A stretch of DNA of 64,000 bases from Elsinoe ampelina. Its lineage: Eukaryota. The position numbers were made by a program, and so were the translations under genes. The notes under the pieces were generated by a model. That model saw only the letters and a program-made list of their open reading frames with translations. It did not search any database and had not been told where the DNA came from. The DNA is taken from contig ML992502.1 in assembly GCA_010093995.1 (NCBI GenBank), positions 1 through 64,000 on the forward strand. The letters are read 5' to 3'. Below are positions 46,901-57,125 of this stretch, in pieces. Each line of letters starts with the position of its first letter. Within the stretch, counting starts at the first letter, position 1.

Positions 46901-49900
46901 GACAGAATTGTCGTCCCATCGACCTGCGAAAAGTTTCTGGAATGCAAGGAAGCACTGTACCAGGTTGTCTTGAGTAATTTCGCAGCCCTTGGGTGTGCCT
47001 GTCGTCCCTGAGGTGTACAGAATGTAGCTGAGAGACTCTGGAGTCACCTTGCCAGTAATGTCAAGTCGCCTGTCAGGGATGCTATCCGTGAGGTCAGCGG
47101 CCAGGTCAAGCACTTGTGCTACTCTGACTGAGTAAAGTTCATCTGCAACGGTACTTGAGCAGAGCACCGCAGCCGCACCAGAATCGGAGATGATGAATTC
47201 CTTCCTTGCGAAGGGCGCAGTTGCATCGATGGCGAGGATGCAGCAGCCTGCTTTGACGATACCGAGAAATGCAAAGGAAGCCTCTGGACATTTGTCGAAA
47301 CAGAGACCAACCACTTGACCGGGCTTGATGCCTCGTTTGTGCAAGAGCTGAGCGACTTGGTTTGCTTTGCTGTCTAGGTCTTCGTATGTCCATTGTTGGC
47401 TTACGACCTTATCGTCATCAATGCTGTGGACGAACTCAAGAGCCATGCGACACGAGTTCTCCGCAACAGCATAATCGATCATTTGATGCAGCAATGAGAA
47501 CTCTGTCTTGATGATCGGGTCCTTAGCCTGGACGACGGACATATGTGTCGGCCTTGGTACCCCCGTAGATTCCCCAAGAAAATCGAATGCCAAAGCCTCG
47601 AGTTGTTCCAGCATGACCTTTGCTTGTACTTCGGGCAATATCGCAGAGTCGAAAGTCGTCCGCAGTCGCAAGCAATCACTAGGAAGATGCTCAACCTCGA
47701 TCGATACAGCATAGTCCACAGCTGCCCTCTCATAAGTGAGATGCCATTGTCTATCTGCGTTTTGGGATGACAGTGGCTTTTGGAACGCAAAGATGGTGTC
47801 AAAAAGCGCTTCATTCTGCAGTCCCAGCCAAGAGTGGATGGATGACAGTGGCGTATAACAGTGCTTTTGAAGACCAGCATTGTACACCATCAATGATTGC
47901 AGCATAGATGATGCATCAGAAGTTGTGTCGCACGTCAATGGTAATGTGTTGATGGTTGGGAAGCATACCTCCTGGGTTTCTTGTGATACACGGCCAGAGT
48001 GGACAATGCCGAAAGTGACCTGATCTTCTCCGGTATATGCAGCGAGTAATCTCGCCCAAGCAGCTTCGAAGACAGCTTGTAACGACACTCCTTGAGTGCT
48101 GCAGAGAGTTTCCAGTTCACTTCTCGGCTTGGAACAGGCATAGCTGATGTCTAGGGTGCCGGTGCTTTCTGGAATCACAGGGTGCAAATTGGGGAACCGG
48201 AAGGGCGTAGCCGCCTGGAGAGTCTCTACCCAGAAACGTTGCTGGTCCTCGGAGTGTCTGCTGTTGGCCAGAATATGGCTCAAAGCAACATCGATTGAAG
48301 GTCCAGGAGATGGTTCTTCGCTGGCCAGGATGACTCGTGTATCGTCGAGAATCTGAACCAAACTTGCTGCATCGTACAGGGCATGATGCATGGACAAGAG
48401 TAACGTTATCTTTCCATTGGTGTCGATAATCTTGCATCGCCACGCCGGCTTGTCAAGCGAAGCTAGAATCTCTTCTTGGTGTATCTGAGCGGTCGAGTCG
48501 AAGCTTGCAGAGGAGTCATGGATAGCATCAACCGGCAACAACAAAGCACCTGGTTCGTACGTGACCATAGCGAACGAGGACCCCGAGTCTTCAACTTCAG
48601 CGAAACCAGTCCGGAGTATTTCAGTGGCCTTGACGACAAGAACCAGTGCTTCCCGCAATTTCTCAGCAGTTCCAGCGAACGATGCGTCGTAGGCAAAGTG
48701 ATTGAGATAGTCTCTTCCCTTCGAGCGAAGGGAAGCAGTGAGCATGCCAGACTGTACTGCCGTGCATGGTCGAATTGATTGGACGCCGACGTTCTGCGTG
48801 CCAACGCTTGAGCGGTGCTTGCGTTCAAATTCAGATAGATCAATTGTCGATCCCAGGCTTGAAGCTACTCCATTATGTGCTTCTATGAATCGGGCAAGCT
48901 CCGCAGGGGTAGGATGTTCCAGGATGTCCGCGGCACTGAGCTGGAAACCATTCTTCTTGAGCCTGTTTGCAGCTTGGATGGCACTGATACTATCAAGACC
49001 CAGCCGATAGATCGTGGTAGACTTCGTGACGTTCTTGAGTTCAACGTTCGAGAGGGACAGTAGTGTATCTCTGATACTCTTCTCGATCTCGGTCCAAGAT
49101 TCGTCATCATGGCTTGATGTGGTAGATATATCTGAATTTTTTCGCGGAAGAGTCGGTGACTGCAGAATGTTGTCGAGCTCTCGCCGGTCTATCGTGGTAT
49201 CGTATGCAAAGTCACTCAAGGGGTTCTTCAACGTGTACAGCAGAAGATCGGAGAAGAGATGGCAGATGGCTTGTACAACAGTAGTCTCCGAAAACAATGA
49301 CTGCTGGTAATGCAGAGAAATCGACAAGTCGTCTCCCTGCGGGATCACTTCCAAAGTACATGGAAAGTCCATGTCACCCTTTTCGCCAGCGAATGACCAT
49401 ATTGCTGGGTCAAGTTTCTGTTGGGGCTGCTGCAAAAGTACTAGTGAGTCGAATAGGCGAGATCCAGCTTGAAGTCTTTGCTGGATACGTCGTAATGGAG
49501 TCAGCTGGTATGACAAAGCATCAATGTTCAGCTGATGAAGATGCTGGACCAGGGCGAGGTTGTCTTTGTGATCTTTGAGCTTCGTGCGCACCGGCAAGGT
49601 ATTAAAACATGGTGCGACAATCCGATCGATGCCTTCGACTGGTACGGTACGGCCACTGACAACGTTGCCGAAACACAGATCACCGGAATTTTGCATCACA
49701 GACAAAGTTTGCGACCAGGACGCTTGTATGATGGATAGGAGAGATACCGAATGCTTTTTCTGAAAGTGCTGGAGCTGTCCAGAAGGTAGAGTGACAGCGT
49801 GATGGTGAGCAGCGAAGATGCGATCAGTGGTAGAGACTCCTGGGAAAGGTCGAGGCTTGAAGTTCAACAACATGTCTTCGAAGAAGGCATCTGCCTCCGC

Positions 49901-52900
49901 CTTGTCGCCATGGAGCATCTGTTCGAGGAAGCCATCGAAGCTGATGGGTGAAGGCAAATCCTCGGATCTTTGAGACCGCTCAACTTCTTCGAGTAGGTTT
50001 GCCATGGCATTGGCATCGTATAAGGCATGGTGTATGTCCACAATCAAGTAGACTTCTTCACTAGCGTTGTATAAAGTGAGCTTGTAAGGCGCATCGAAAC
50101 TGTCAACAACGGCAGGAACCACGGACTCAAAGCCATGCAGAAGCTCTTGAGGACTCGCGGTACCGCTCGTAGACTCCCAGTGGAGCGGTGCTTGGTCCAG
50201 CACCACCTGAACGAAGGGGAATTGAGAATGCTCGGTGGACACGAACAGCGTCCTGAATATATCATGCCGCTGGACAACTTGCGACCACGAGTTTTCCAAC
50301 TGATCGGTCGAGGTTGTAACTTTCAAGATGGTCCGATTCAAGTATGCACCAGAACCTTGAGCGACACTCGCCGAGATCATAGCTTCCTGCAAAGGAGTAC
50401 ATGGCAGTATGCGGTCTACATCAAGACCCTTGGTAGCGCACTGGTCTCTGATAACCTTGGCCTGGTCATCCCGGAGGAATATTGCAAGAAGCGATACATG
50501 ACCATCTGTATGCTGCTGTTCTCGACTGCGAGAGTCCAATCGTTCTGAGAGAAGTGCTAGCCGAGGATGTTTGAGCACGGCCGATACGTCCATCTGGACG
50601 TCGAATTTGGACTTGAGCTGAGAAGACAGACGAATGGCTGTTATGGAGTCTAGTCCAAGACCAAAAAGTGAAGTGTTGCGGTGAATAGCGTTTTCTTGAG
50701 CACCAAGGACGTCGACCAGTATCTGGCGAACACTGTGATCTGTTTCAGACCACTCCCCATCGTCTGATCCATCTTCATCGGCAAGCTCTTCCAGATAATC
50801 ATCAGCGAGGTCTGCAAAATCTTCAAGAAGGCAAGCGTTATCGATCTTGCTCTGACCGGTCATTGGGAAAGCAGAGACCGGAATGATGAACGAGGGGATC
50901 ATGTAGCTGGGTAAATTGTTTTCCAAGTGTCGTTTGATGCCAGAGATGTTGGAAAGGATATCCCTGTCCACGTTGAGAACAGAATATTTCTCTTTGCTCG
51001 ACTGGGTCGGGATCCAGAACACGACAAGTGTCTCTGATCCCTGTCCGCCAGCTACTAATGCTGTTGCGTCTTGGACACCATCGCACTGCAGCAAGTTGCG
51101 CTCAATTTCACCAAGCTCAATTCTCTGGCCACGGATTTTCCGTTGAGTATCTGTCCGTCCTTCAATAAGGATCGTGCCGTCATGGTTCAGTCGGCCGAGG
51201 TCCCCACTGCGATAGATACGGCCGTACCTGGGATGATTGATGATCTTGCTGGCCGTCAAATCTGGCATGTTCTGATAGCCCATAAAGACTTGCTGACCAC
51301 CAAAGCAAAGCTCCCCAAGTGCTCCTCTAGGTAGAGGTGCAAAATCGCCGTTGGTAGGTAGGACGAAGGTTGAGGTGTTGGAGAAAGACACTCCAATGTT
51401 GTTGATGCTATCATCAGCAGACATAGCTTTGTTAACGGAACAGATGTTGGTCGTCTCCGAAGGACCATAACCCTGGTAGAGTCCTCGGCTAGCCCATCGA
51501 CCATGTATACTTGCCGTCAGTGGTTCACCAGCAGTGATGAGGCACTCCACGTTGGGAACTTTGTCGGAACGTATGAGTGCAGCTACTGTTGGAGTCAGAG
51601 ACAGATGGGTGATACCGAGGCAGCGGATGGAATTCTCCAGATCGCGAAACAAGACATCATTGCTTGCGGAGCATAGACACATGCCTTGCGCCCAAGTGAA
51701 GAAGATCTCAAAGACACTAACGTCAAAAGCTTGGTTGCATGCTTGCAGCAAGCGCGAGTCGGTGGAATGTGGGTAGATCTCAGCTAACACCTTGATGTTG
51801 CTGCAGATATTCTCGTGTGTGACAAGCACCCCTTTTGGAGTGCCTGTGGTTCCACTGGTGTATACGGCGTATGCGACATGCTTGGGATCTGCCATAGTCC
51901 GTGGCCTGTAACTCGAGTTCCCAGAAATCGGTATATCTTCGAAAATGAAAGCGTCGTTGGATCTGTGCAAACCTGTTTCATCCGCCGTACGACGATCGCA
52001 CAGGATCAAGTCGATAGGGGCGTCTTCCAAGATCTTCTCTATGCGATGCTTGGGTGTGCTCGGTACAACTGGTAAATAGCCGCAACCTGCTTTGATTGCG
52101 GCCAAGATGCTAATGTAGAGATTTACGGACTTTTCCATGATAATGCACACCAATCCGCCAGGTTGCAAGTCCTCCGACAACATGAAGTGTGACAATTGAT
52201 TGGCACGGCGAGAGAGTTCGCCATATGAAAGTGTCTCAAACTGACTGCCGTCTTGAGAAATGTCTTTGGCGAAGCAGAGCGCCGGCTTGTTGGTATTTCG
52301 TTTGATACTTTGATCTATGAGGCTGCAAAGACCACCTGTACAGTCGAGCTGGATGGGAGCAGGATTGTGTATTGATAGACATTGGTGCGGACGAACATCG
52401 ACGAACAATTCGTCCAGACGGCATTCCGGGAACTCAACCAATTGAGAGAGGATCAGATCAAGTTGAGCCAGGAACAACTGTGTCTGAGCAGGCGGCAAAA
52501 TGTCTTCCCTGTAGGTAGCTTTAACCTGGAGAACGTCCCCAACAGGCTCGACGTCAAGGGTCAAATTGAACTCAACGTAATCTGTCGTACCGATCAGGCG
52601 CACATCTGTTTGATTGAGAGCTTCTCGCGGAGATCCCTGCCAAACAAAGATACTGTCAAATAGCGAAGCGGTCGAATCAATGTCTGCAGCCTTCCTGATA
52701 CCAACGAGCGGGAGGTCGAGATTAGCCATGATCTCGCGGTTAGATAACTGTACAGCCTTTGCGAGATCCTTGAAGCGGCGAACACCAGCAGAACTGAGTC
52801 TAGTGGGCAAGGTGGAGAGCAATGGGCCAAACAAATCCTGTACACCCTCAATTGCTGCAATCCGACCGGAAAAGACTGTGCCATAGGTGATGTCGGAATT

Positions 52901-55633
52901 GCCCGCGTACAGGCTTAGCAGATAGCCATAGGCTGCTTGAAAAGTGACTGATGTACCAACTTTGTACCTCTTCGCCAGCCGTTCCAGCTGAGTCACTTTG
53001 ACCGAAGACGTTCGTTGCACGGTTGACAAATGTCGACCATTGGCAGACTTGCCGCTCAGATTTGGCAATCTTGTGATGGTAGCGTTGGTCATGTAAGACT
53101 TCCAAAAGGCATTGAGAGCATTCTGCTTCGTCCTCGAGGATCGATCCTCCAAAGACCTATGGCTGACAGAGGCGAAAGAGGGCCGGTCTGGTATAGTATT
53201 TCCATGCAGTGCTCGGTGCAGGTCGTCCACGAATATATCGAGAGACCACTGATCGTAGAGAGCATGATGAAGATACATCCGCAAAATGTGCTGCGCTTCC
53301 GCGAATTGGAAGCGTAGCGGGCGTAACAGACTTGCAGGATCTGATAGTGAATAGACTGAGTCCACTTCCATTCTTTCCGTGAACTGACGATCGTCCAATT
53401 TGGACCATACAACCTGCATATAGGCGCTTGTGTCGTGAGAGCACTCTACAAAACCAGACCTTAGCGACGGGTGGTGGTGTGAGACGGCATGGATTGCATT
53501 CACCAGCGCATCAAAAGTCACCTCGGATGGTAGGGTGAAGGTTGCAGAGTTGCAATATGCTTCAGCATGTTTCGCAGTCTCACTAAGCATAGCATCCTGC
53601 AGAGGCGTGCAGGGGAAGACGTCCTCAATGGATTCACCCATCCCAGCCATTTGCGGCGAACCGCCGAGGGACGAACGTAGTTCTTCTCGCAACGCTTCAA
53701 AATTAATAGTCTTCACATCCATCGTGTCCCTGACTTGCGACTGGTATTTTGATATGAGAACCTCCAGGTCGCTGACGTGGTTGCACATTAGGAGATCCAC
53801 AGCGCTTAATTGAGGGTAGCCGTGCTTGCGGAGTTCTGTGGCCAAGCGGATCGCTTTCAACGAGTCAAGACCGGCCGAGGCGAGGTTGGAAGCGGGTTTG
53901 ATGGCTTTGTTGACAGTATTTCGGAGCAGTTCGATAAGCTTACGATTGTCCGGTAAAGATGGTTGATGCTCTTCAGCGGTGTCAGAATTCCTCGCTCGGT
54001 AGTCAGCGTCGAGCTTTTTGGAATCAGTCTTTCCAGATGGAAGGTAGGGAAAGTCCTTCATGATGACAATGTCGTTTGGTACCATGAAGCGAGGTAGCCA
54101 TTTCCGACAGGATGCTTCCACATGACTGACCTTGATCTTCGTGCTGTCGGCAACACAGAAGAGAACAAGCTGGCCATCGATGACGCTTGCACTTGCTGCA
54201 TGGACCCCTTCGAGCCTTGAAGCTGCATGCTCAATCTCTCCGAGCTCAATACGCTGTCCTCGCAGTTTGACTTGGCCTTTGGAGATTCTGCCGAGGCATT
54301 CTAGCAGGCCGTTTGTGGTGAGTTTTGCCTTGTCCCCTGTTCGATACAGCGGACCATAAGTCGGATGACGAATGAAGACGGCTTTTGTCTGCTCCTCACG
54401 ATTGAGGTAGCCGTCTGCAAGTTGGTGACCGCCAACTGCAAGTTCTCCGACCTCGCCTTGCGGCAGGATTTGCACATCGTCCGGACCACTGACATCTTCT
54501 GTCGGTTTGATGACCAAGCAAGAAACCGTGTCTAGGGGTATACCAATAGTATTGACGGTGTCGGATTGCTTGAAGCTGGGCTGAAGAGTGCAGTGAATTG
54601 CAGCTTCCGTCGGACCGTACATGCCCCACAGAAGACTGTCATCGTCCGTTTCTCCTGCGAATTCTCGTACGGTCTGCGGATTGAGCATTTCGCCGATGGT
54701 GAGAAGTGTACGAAGCTTTGGCACACTCTTCCTCGAACGGACCAAGCTAGCCACCACCGAGGGTGTCAGCTCGGCTCCATCGACGTCGAGCTTGGTGATT
54801 ACATTAGAAAGATCGCTAAGAAGAAATGTGCGGTCGCAGGAGACAATAGTCCTGCCTCGGAAAAGAGGAAAGTATATTTCGAAAACGCTAACATCAAAAG
54901 TGGGATTGGCGAATTGGAGGAAACGAGAGAATTGTGGTATGAAGCGATCGTGGGCCAATAGTGATTGGGTCACTGCTTTGTGTGATAGACACACGGCCTT
55001 TGGAGTCCCTGTGCTACCTGATGTATACATGATGTAGGCGGGGTCGGTCGTGCTGACCGGTGGCAGATCGGCCGTACTGCCATTCGCTGATGAGAACACC
55101 GTGGGCGACGTCTTCGTAGAGCCATTAATTCCAGATTCTACGATGTTGCCTTGGTGATCTAATATCAGGATGGACAGTTCCGGGACGCAATCGAACTTTG
55201 ATTTGAACTCCGGGGTGGTAAGAACGACAGTAGCGGAGACATCGTTCAGGATGAACTTGAGACGCTCTTCTGGAACGTCTAGATTCAGAGGACAGAAGGC
55301 AGAGCCGGATTTGAGAATGGCAATTTGAGATATGTACAGTGCCGCGCTCTGTGGTATGAGAAGAGGTGTGATGGATGCTGTCTGTGTGTTTTTACGGTGG
55401 CGTGATAGAATCTTAGCAAGGTCGGCAGTCCGTTCGTGCAGCTTTCGGTATGTGAAGCTTGCCACCAGGCCAGCGCTGTCGTGGCATTCCAACGCTGTGG
55501 CATCGGTCTCCTCGTCCGCGATGAGATGGTGCAACAGTGATGGTCCCTCGAGAAAGGTTGGATGTGGGTTCAAGATGGACAGCTCTGTGTCGCTTGGATG
55601 CCCGTCGGAGGCCATGATGGTTGTACGTGACAA
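40991..55633 (-). CDS. sidC: Ferrichrome-type siderophore NRPS (SidC/NPS2-like): A-T-C-A-T-C-T-C-A-T-C-T-C-T-C
   Basis: Three A domains (YTSG[S/T]TGTPK, YGP[T/S]E, YR[T/S]GD), six T motifs (four GLDS, one GLSS, one GIDS) and six C motifs (five HHALYD, one AHALYD). In-frame intron 41182-41132. Clustered with sidA. Confidence 0.93.
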   Translation of the reverse strand: MSRTTIMASDGHPSDTELSILNPHPTFLEGPSLLHHLIADEETDATALECHDSAGLVASFTYRKLHERTADLAKILSRHRKNTQTASITPLLIPQSAALYISQIAILKSGSAFCPLNLDVPEERLKFILNDVSATVVLTTPEFKSKFDCVPELSILILDHQGNIVESGINGSTKTSPTVFSSANGSTADLPPVSTTDPAYIMYTSGSTGTPKAVCLSHKAVTQSLLAHDRFIPQFSRFLQFANPTFDVSVFEIYFPLFRGRTIVSCDRTFLLSDLSNVITKLDVDGAELTPSVVASLVRSRKSVPKLRTLLTIGEMLNPQTVREFAGETDDDSLLWGMYGPTEAAIHCTLQPSFKQSDTVNTIGIPLDTVSCLVIKPTEDVSGPDDVQILPQGEVGELAVGGHQLADGYLNREEQTKAVFIRHPTYGPLYRTGDKAKLTTNGLLECLGRISKGQVKLRGQRIELGEIEHAASRLEGVHAASASVIDGQLVLFCVADSTKIKVSHVEASCRKWLPRFMVPNDIVIMKDFPYLPSGKTDSKKLDADYRARNSDTAEEHQPSLPDNRKLIELLRNTVNKAIKPASNLASAGLDSLKAIRLATELRKHGYPQLSAVDLLMCNHVSDLEVLISKYQSQVRDTMDVKTINFEALREELRSSLGGSPQMAGMGESIEDVFPCTPLQDAMLSETAKHAEAYCNSATFTLPSEVTFDALVNAIHAVSHHHPSLRSGFVECSHDTSAYMQVVWSKLDDRQFTERMEVDSVYSLSDPASLLRPLRFQFAEAQHILRMYLHHALYDQWSLDIFVDDLHRALHGNTIPDRPSFASVSHRSLEDRSSRTKQNALNAFWKSYMTNATITRLPNLSGKSANGRHLSTVQRTSSVKVTQLERLAKRYKVGTSVTFQAAYGYLLSLYAGNSDITYGTVFSGRIAAIEGVQDLFGPLLSTLPTRLSSAGVRRFKDLAKAVQLSNREIMANLDLPLVGIRKAADIDSTASLFDSIFVWQGSPREALNQTDVRLIGTTDYVEFNLTLDVEPVGDVLQVKATYREDILPPAQTQLFLAQLDLILSQLVEFPECRLDELFVDVRPHQCLSIHNPAPIQLDCTGGLCSLIDQSIKRNTNKPALCFAKDISQDGSQFETLSYGELSRRANQLSHFMLSEDLQPGGLVCIIMEKSVNLYISILAAIKAGCGYLPVVPSTPKHRIEKILEDAPIDLILCDRRTADETGLHRSNDAFIFEDIPISGNSSYRPRTMADPKHVAYAVYTSGTTGTPKGVLVTHENICSNIKVLAEIYPHSTDSRLLQACNQAFDVSVFEIFFTWAQGMCLCSASNDVLFRDLENSIRCLGITHLSLTPTVAALIRSDKVPNVECLITAGEPLTASIHGRWASRGLYQGYGPSETTNICSVNKAMSADDSINNIGVSFSNTSTFVLPTNGDFAPLPRGALGELCFGGQQVFMGYQNMPDLTASKIINHPRYGRIYRSGDLGRLNHDGTILIEGRTDTQRKIRGQRIELGEIERNLLQCDGVQDATALVAGGQGSETLVVFWIPTQSSKEKYSVLNVDRDILSNISGIKRHLENNLPSYMIPSFIIPVSAFPMTGQSKIDNACLLEDFADLADDYLEELADEDGSDDGEWSETDHSVRQILVDVLGAQENAIHRNTSLFGLGLDSITAIRLSSQLKSKFDVQMDVSAVLKHPRLALLSERLDSRSREQQHTDGHVSLLAIFLRDDQAKVIRDQCATKGLDVDRILPCTPLQEAMISASVAQGSGAYLNRTILKVTTSTDQLENSWSQVVQRHDIFRTLFVSTEHSQFPFVQVVLDQAPLHWESTSGTASPQELLHGFESVVPAVVDSFDAPYKLTLYNASEEVYLIVDIHHALYDANAMANLLEEVERSQRSEDLPSPISFDGFLEQMLHGDKAEADAFFEDMLLNFKPRPFPGVSTTDRIFAAHHHAVTLPSGQLQHFQKKHSVSLLSIIQASWSQTLSVMQNSGDLCFGNVVSGRTVPVEGIDRIVAPCFNTLPVRTKLKDHKDNLALVQHLHQLNIDALSYQLTPLRRIQQRLQAGSRLFDSLVLLQQPQQKLDPAIWSFAGEKGDMDFPCTLEVIPQGDDLSISLHYQQSLFSETTVVQAICHLFSDLLLYTLKNPLSDFAYDTTIDRRELDNILQSPTLPRKNSDISTTSSHDDESWTEIEKSIRDTLLSLSNVELKNVTKSTTIYRLGLDSISAIQAANRLKKNGFQLSAADILEHPTPAELARFIEAHNGVASSLGSTIDLSEFERKHRSSVGTQNVGVQSIRPCTAVQSGMLTASLRSKGRDYLNHFAYDASFAGTAEKLREALVLVVKATEILRTGFAEVEDSGSSFAMVTYEPGALLLPVDAIHDSSASFDSTAQIHQEEILASLDKPAWRCKIIDTNGKITLLLSMHHALYDAASLVQILDDTRVILASEEPSPGPSIDVALSHILANSRHSEDQQRFWVETLQAATPFRFPNLHPVIPESTGTLDISYACSKPRSELETLCSTQGVSLQAVFEAAWARLLAAYTGEDQVTFGIVHSGRVSQETQEVCFPTINTLPLTCDTTSDASSMLQSLMVYNAGLQKHCYTPLSSIHSWLGLQNEALFDTIFAFQKPLSSQNADRQWHLTYERAAVDYAVSIEVEHLPSDCLRLRTTFDSAILPEVQAKVMLEQLEALAFDFLGESTGVPRPTHMSVVQAKDPIIKTEFSLLHQMIDYAVAENSCRMALEFVHSIDDDKVVSQQWTYEDLDSKANQVAQLLHKRGIKPGQVVGLCFDKCPEASFAFLGIVKAGCCILAIDATAPFARKEFIISDSGAAAVLCSSTVADELYSVRVAQVLDLAADLTDSIPDRRLDITGKVTPESLSYILYTSGTTGTPKGCEITQDNLVQCFLAFQKLFAGRWDDNSVWLQFASYHFDVAILEHFWTWSMGMKLLCAPRDLILEDIASFIDRFQVTHLDLTPSLGRLLDPASVPSLHRGVFITGGEAVKPEMLRAWGDYGCLFNFYGPTECTIGVTTFPGVPTNGKAANIGWAFDNVGTCVLKPGTISPVPRGGVGELCIFGKLVGKGYLNRPDLNADRFPYIDELGERIYRTGDLVRLMHDDSFEFLGRADSQVKLRGQRLEIDEIIAVMLECESVKDAVCVVARQEDKQKDQLVAFVTPSSERMQGHPTLFEDAEITTMIAQAKAACEDKLPVYMVPTHFVPIHFIPLSVNNKQDDKLLKQFYQSLSTAQLQELSLPGSEQRALNDTELVIVEALAATLATELENIKPDANLFALGLSSISAVQLARRLKSAGHGKASIATVMQSATVAKLARALSDGSGTESNSDILAAKQVMMACQQRYIGAAAKALGITVKEIERVAPCTPLQQGILFKSQSSHAGLYFNRFLFKVNETDFEKLKKSLQSLIDKTDILRTAFVETEDGHIQVVRKWANLDWHYDSESFSDILDERHQDWIAANDRGLTTPFAATLAGDRLQICIHHALYDGNSWGLLMQRFQQIHAGADNATGASFFEVLPHGPLKFDQGAKGLWQQHLSGAVFEEMQQLVGVSAHRDSIVTRRLERPQKLDNTRKELQVTPQALVQAAWLSTLSEYHAGPIGLIVSGRSLDIDAESAIGPLFNTIPFAWTIGDKESWASFCKRCHDFNVATLPHQHTPLRDISKWLGKSSMEPLFETLFVFQQPQIDDGSLSKIMQSIEDDHYVADYPLSFEAEQRPNGDLFVTLGAQGHYCDDEILNTMIAEFEANLTALINDHESAVPVSDTYRAKIKSGPVQKDIPDANGYHGPFEWTDDAKSIRMEMASLASLEDNEIDEHTAIFAIGLDSIDAVKLSARLKKHGILVPVSGLMRSQTIPKILMNIKKTEAKNDRTNIHQERGKRLTSLKKAVNQSVRDNSRIERVLAATPMQEALVSEMIKSDYNAYFNHDILEVQPDVDLERLEKAWKDVINANPILRTAFVALEDTAVESTFAQVIMANSEFNFGKRTLQADEKVDVLLPDITASVRTNKQLDPPFRLTLVSQKPKTFLVLSIAHALYDGYSLSLLHSDVAAAYKNAAPERPNYDSIVDFALDATESPSTTFWESLLSNITSSRIPTTETMVNETHRAEVASSLSASEVISFAKAQNVTPQALIQTAWALYLSTLTQSLDVVYGLVLAGRDTPEAEEVLFPTMNTVASRHIIHGTAKQILQEVQEQLLQVREYQATPLRKITQIAKKDKPFEGGLFDALFTYQKAPSTTNQGKKLYESVLGASDVEYPVAVEAEIVGDELVWRNAVKSAVKEQAGVEEMLEDVDNVLGSLMERINEEVLKFEGGNVSVVGQEAFKISNEADQTPQTTADHKVETSWSEVESKIRDIVAKVAKLPVHEIGKTTRLENLGIDSISSIKLASLLKKQDINLAVSKIIKAGTVEAMASLACEKPKSSGDEPSRINHVAKLVAKHGVSPESIGFAQSEVEAILPVTAGQAFMLGTWEKSGGKLLYPTFTYKLEGIAGDASIQKAWQAVVNRHSVLRTRFATIGKPDLPFVQAILKSRKVKLGEDTTQQPFANLSVSRQQANVELKLSVHHALYDAISLQMLMSELEDNLNSKVTSGPSTTLSLLVPDTCSPAAKSQQQAFWTKYLDDPSLASLSDKAHTGGRTQVFTPSALPITSDVQTRLRSTGLSLQSLFFAAYAKIYAETNNRNDDLVIGIYLANRTEQTERLAVPTVNLLPVRVRSPKATNVSIVAKQIQNDVKKISEDGINQTSLWEIEQWTGVKVDVFLNFVKLPAEDERETKEAQIRIVNVDVDDEHEFKERAVVIPAEEQGWTLPKELAGSGVEGAYPVSIKCTCEGFQTLTAAQPSIDIEATARNNKLAIGVFGFEGVIKLEEARQVLDGIKKEMKGFFT

Positions 55634-55705
55634 TATGCTGCTAGGAGGGCGTCCTTGTTTGCATGTTACATCAGCAGAAGACGTCGGACAGATTTGATCT
55701 TATCC

Positions 55706-55714
55706 ATCTGATAG
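55706..55714. promoter_or_regulatory. SreA-like GATA site (ATCTGATAG) just upstream of the NRPS ATG
   Basis: One mismatch to ATCWGATAA, with an adjacent TTATC. Confidence 0.5.
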
Positions 55715-56615
55715 ACCGCAATGGGCCGTAGACAGGTCCCGGCAATGAAAGCCACGTCAAGGCGGAGACATGTCCGGTAGCGGCAGCTCTGTATGGCCGG
55801 CCAAGGTAGATTTGCTCGTGATGGCATGAAAACTCTTTTCCACGCCCATACATCTTGCCGAAGGCTGATACGGTCACGGTACCTTGAAATGTTTGGATAA
55901 GCTGTTTCCATTGGCTTGGACGCGGTTTCAGAAGCTATGACGTTTTCCTCATCCCAAGCGCGGGGCTAGATCGCCGCTAGACAAACGCTAGCTATTTGCA
56001 GGCATTCGACTGGCTATACGACACACTTTCTTTAAAAACCTCGCCAATTCACCTCACCTCCCCATGACCCTTTTTTTTTTCTTTCGTGCCGACGTCGATC
56101 GCGAGATTCGGAGGAGCTTGTTCCCAGCCCAGAAGGACAAGACCAATACATTGCTGGTGTGATGCCAATGCTGCCCACGAGGGATCCACCGTGTCGCGCT
56201 CCTGGATAGTCTTGGCTTTGTAGCCCTCTGTATCGACTGGCAGCCCTGATGACACATCAGCACAGATCCAAGGAGAGCTCCATGTACCCCAGACACGTCG
56301 CATGTGACGTATCATGCCAGAAAGCTTCGAAGGAGCCGACCCTGGAGTCGACTCGCTCACCTCTCTTCCAAGCATTTGAGGCGCCGCAGACGTATTATGA
56401 GGGCGCAAAGACCCTGCAGCCCCCCGTGGCTTCGGCAATTTCGACTTCAGGAACGACTGCCTGACCTCTGCTAGTGCCGTTCAACCCTTCTGGACTTGCT
56501 CTTCCCCCTTGGCGGGTCTATCAATCCGCAAATGATGAGAGCCCACGGACAGACCCTCCGTTGATCTGTGGATCCTTCAACCGCCTCGGTCGATTCGGAT
56601 CTCAGACAAGGAACG

Positions 56616-56624
56616 TTATCTGAT
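56616..56624 (-). promoter_or_regulatory. SreA-type site ATCAGATAA in the NRPS/ABC divergent promoter
   Basis: TTATCTGAT on the + strand is a perfect ATCWGATAA on the - strand. Confidence 0.7.
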
Positions 56625-57125
56625 GCTCGGAGACCCGCAGGAGCCACTTTCACGTTTGCGCTGCACCACTTTTCCCTGCTTCTCCCGCTTTTTACTGTAG
56701 GATGAGGGTCATGAGCTGATCCATGCGGTGCTGTCAGAGTTTGGTACCACCCAACTCAGCTCTGCCAACGCGCTCCATTGACATTTTGCCTTTTCTGAAA
56801 CTAATTGGTCCAATATAGTTACTGCTCCATCAGAATGACAGTTGTGCTGTAGGAGAGTGGTGCCCGGTAGGATGTTTGACCTTCTACACTTTCTTCCACG
56901 CTCCAATTTGCATCAGCGACAACACAGCCGACGCTGACCAGTTCTCGTCCTCTCACTTCGGAGACCTTGCTGGTCCCGTCCGCTGCACCCTTCCTTACTA
57001 CTAGCACGACTTCCTTGTCAACTCGCTCTGCGGCACCAGTCGCGACTGCCCTGACGAGCCTCAACTTCTCAGAGTCACCTTCACAACCACCAACACACCT
57101 GCCTTCGCGGTATTCCGATATCATT

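Noticed and set aside
56967..57125. Non-ATG N-terminal extension of the ABC transporter (also 17803-17880 and 40152-40229 for other genes)
   Set aside because: The ORF track uses TTG/GTG starts. The first in-frame ATG is more plausible in a fungus.
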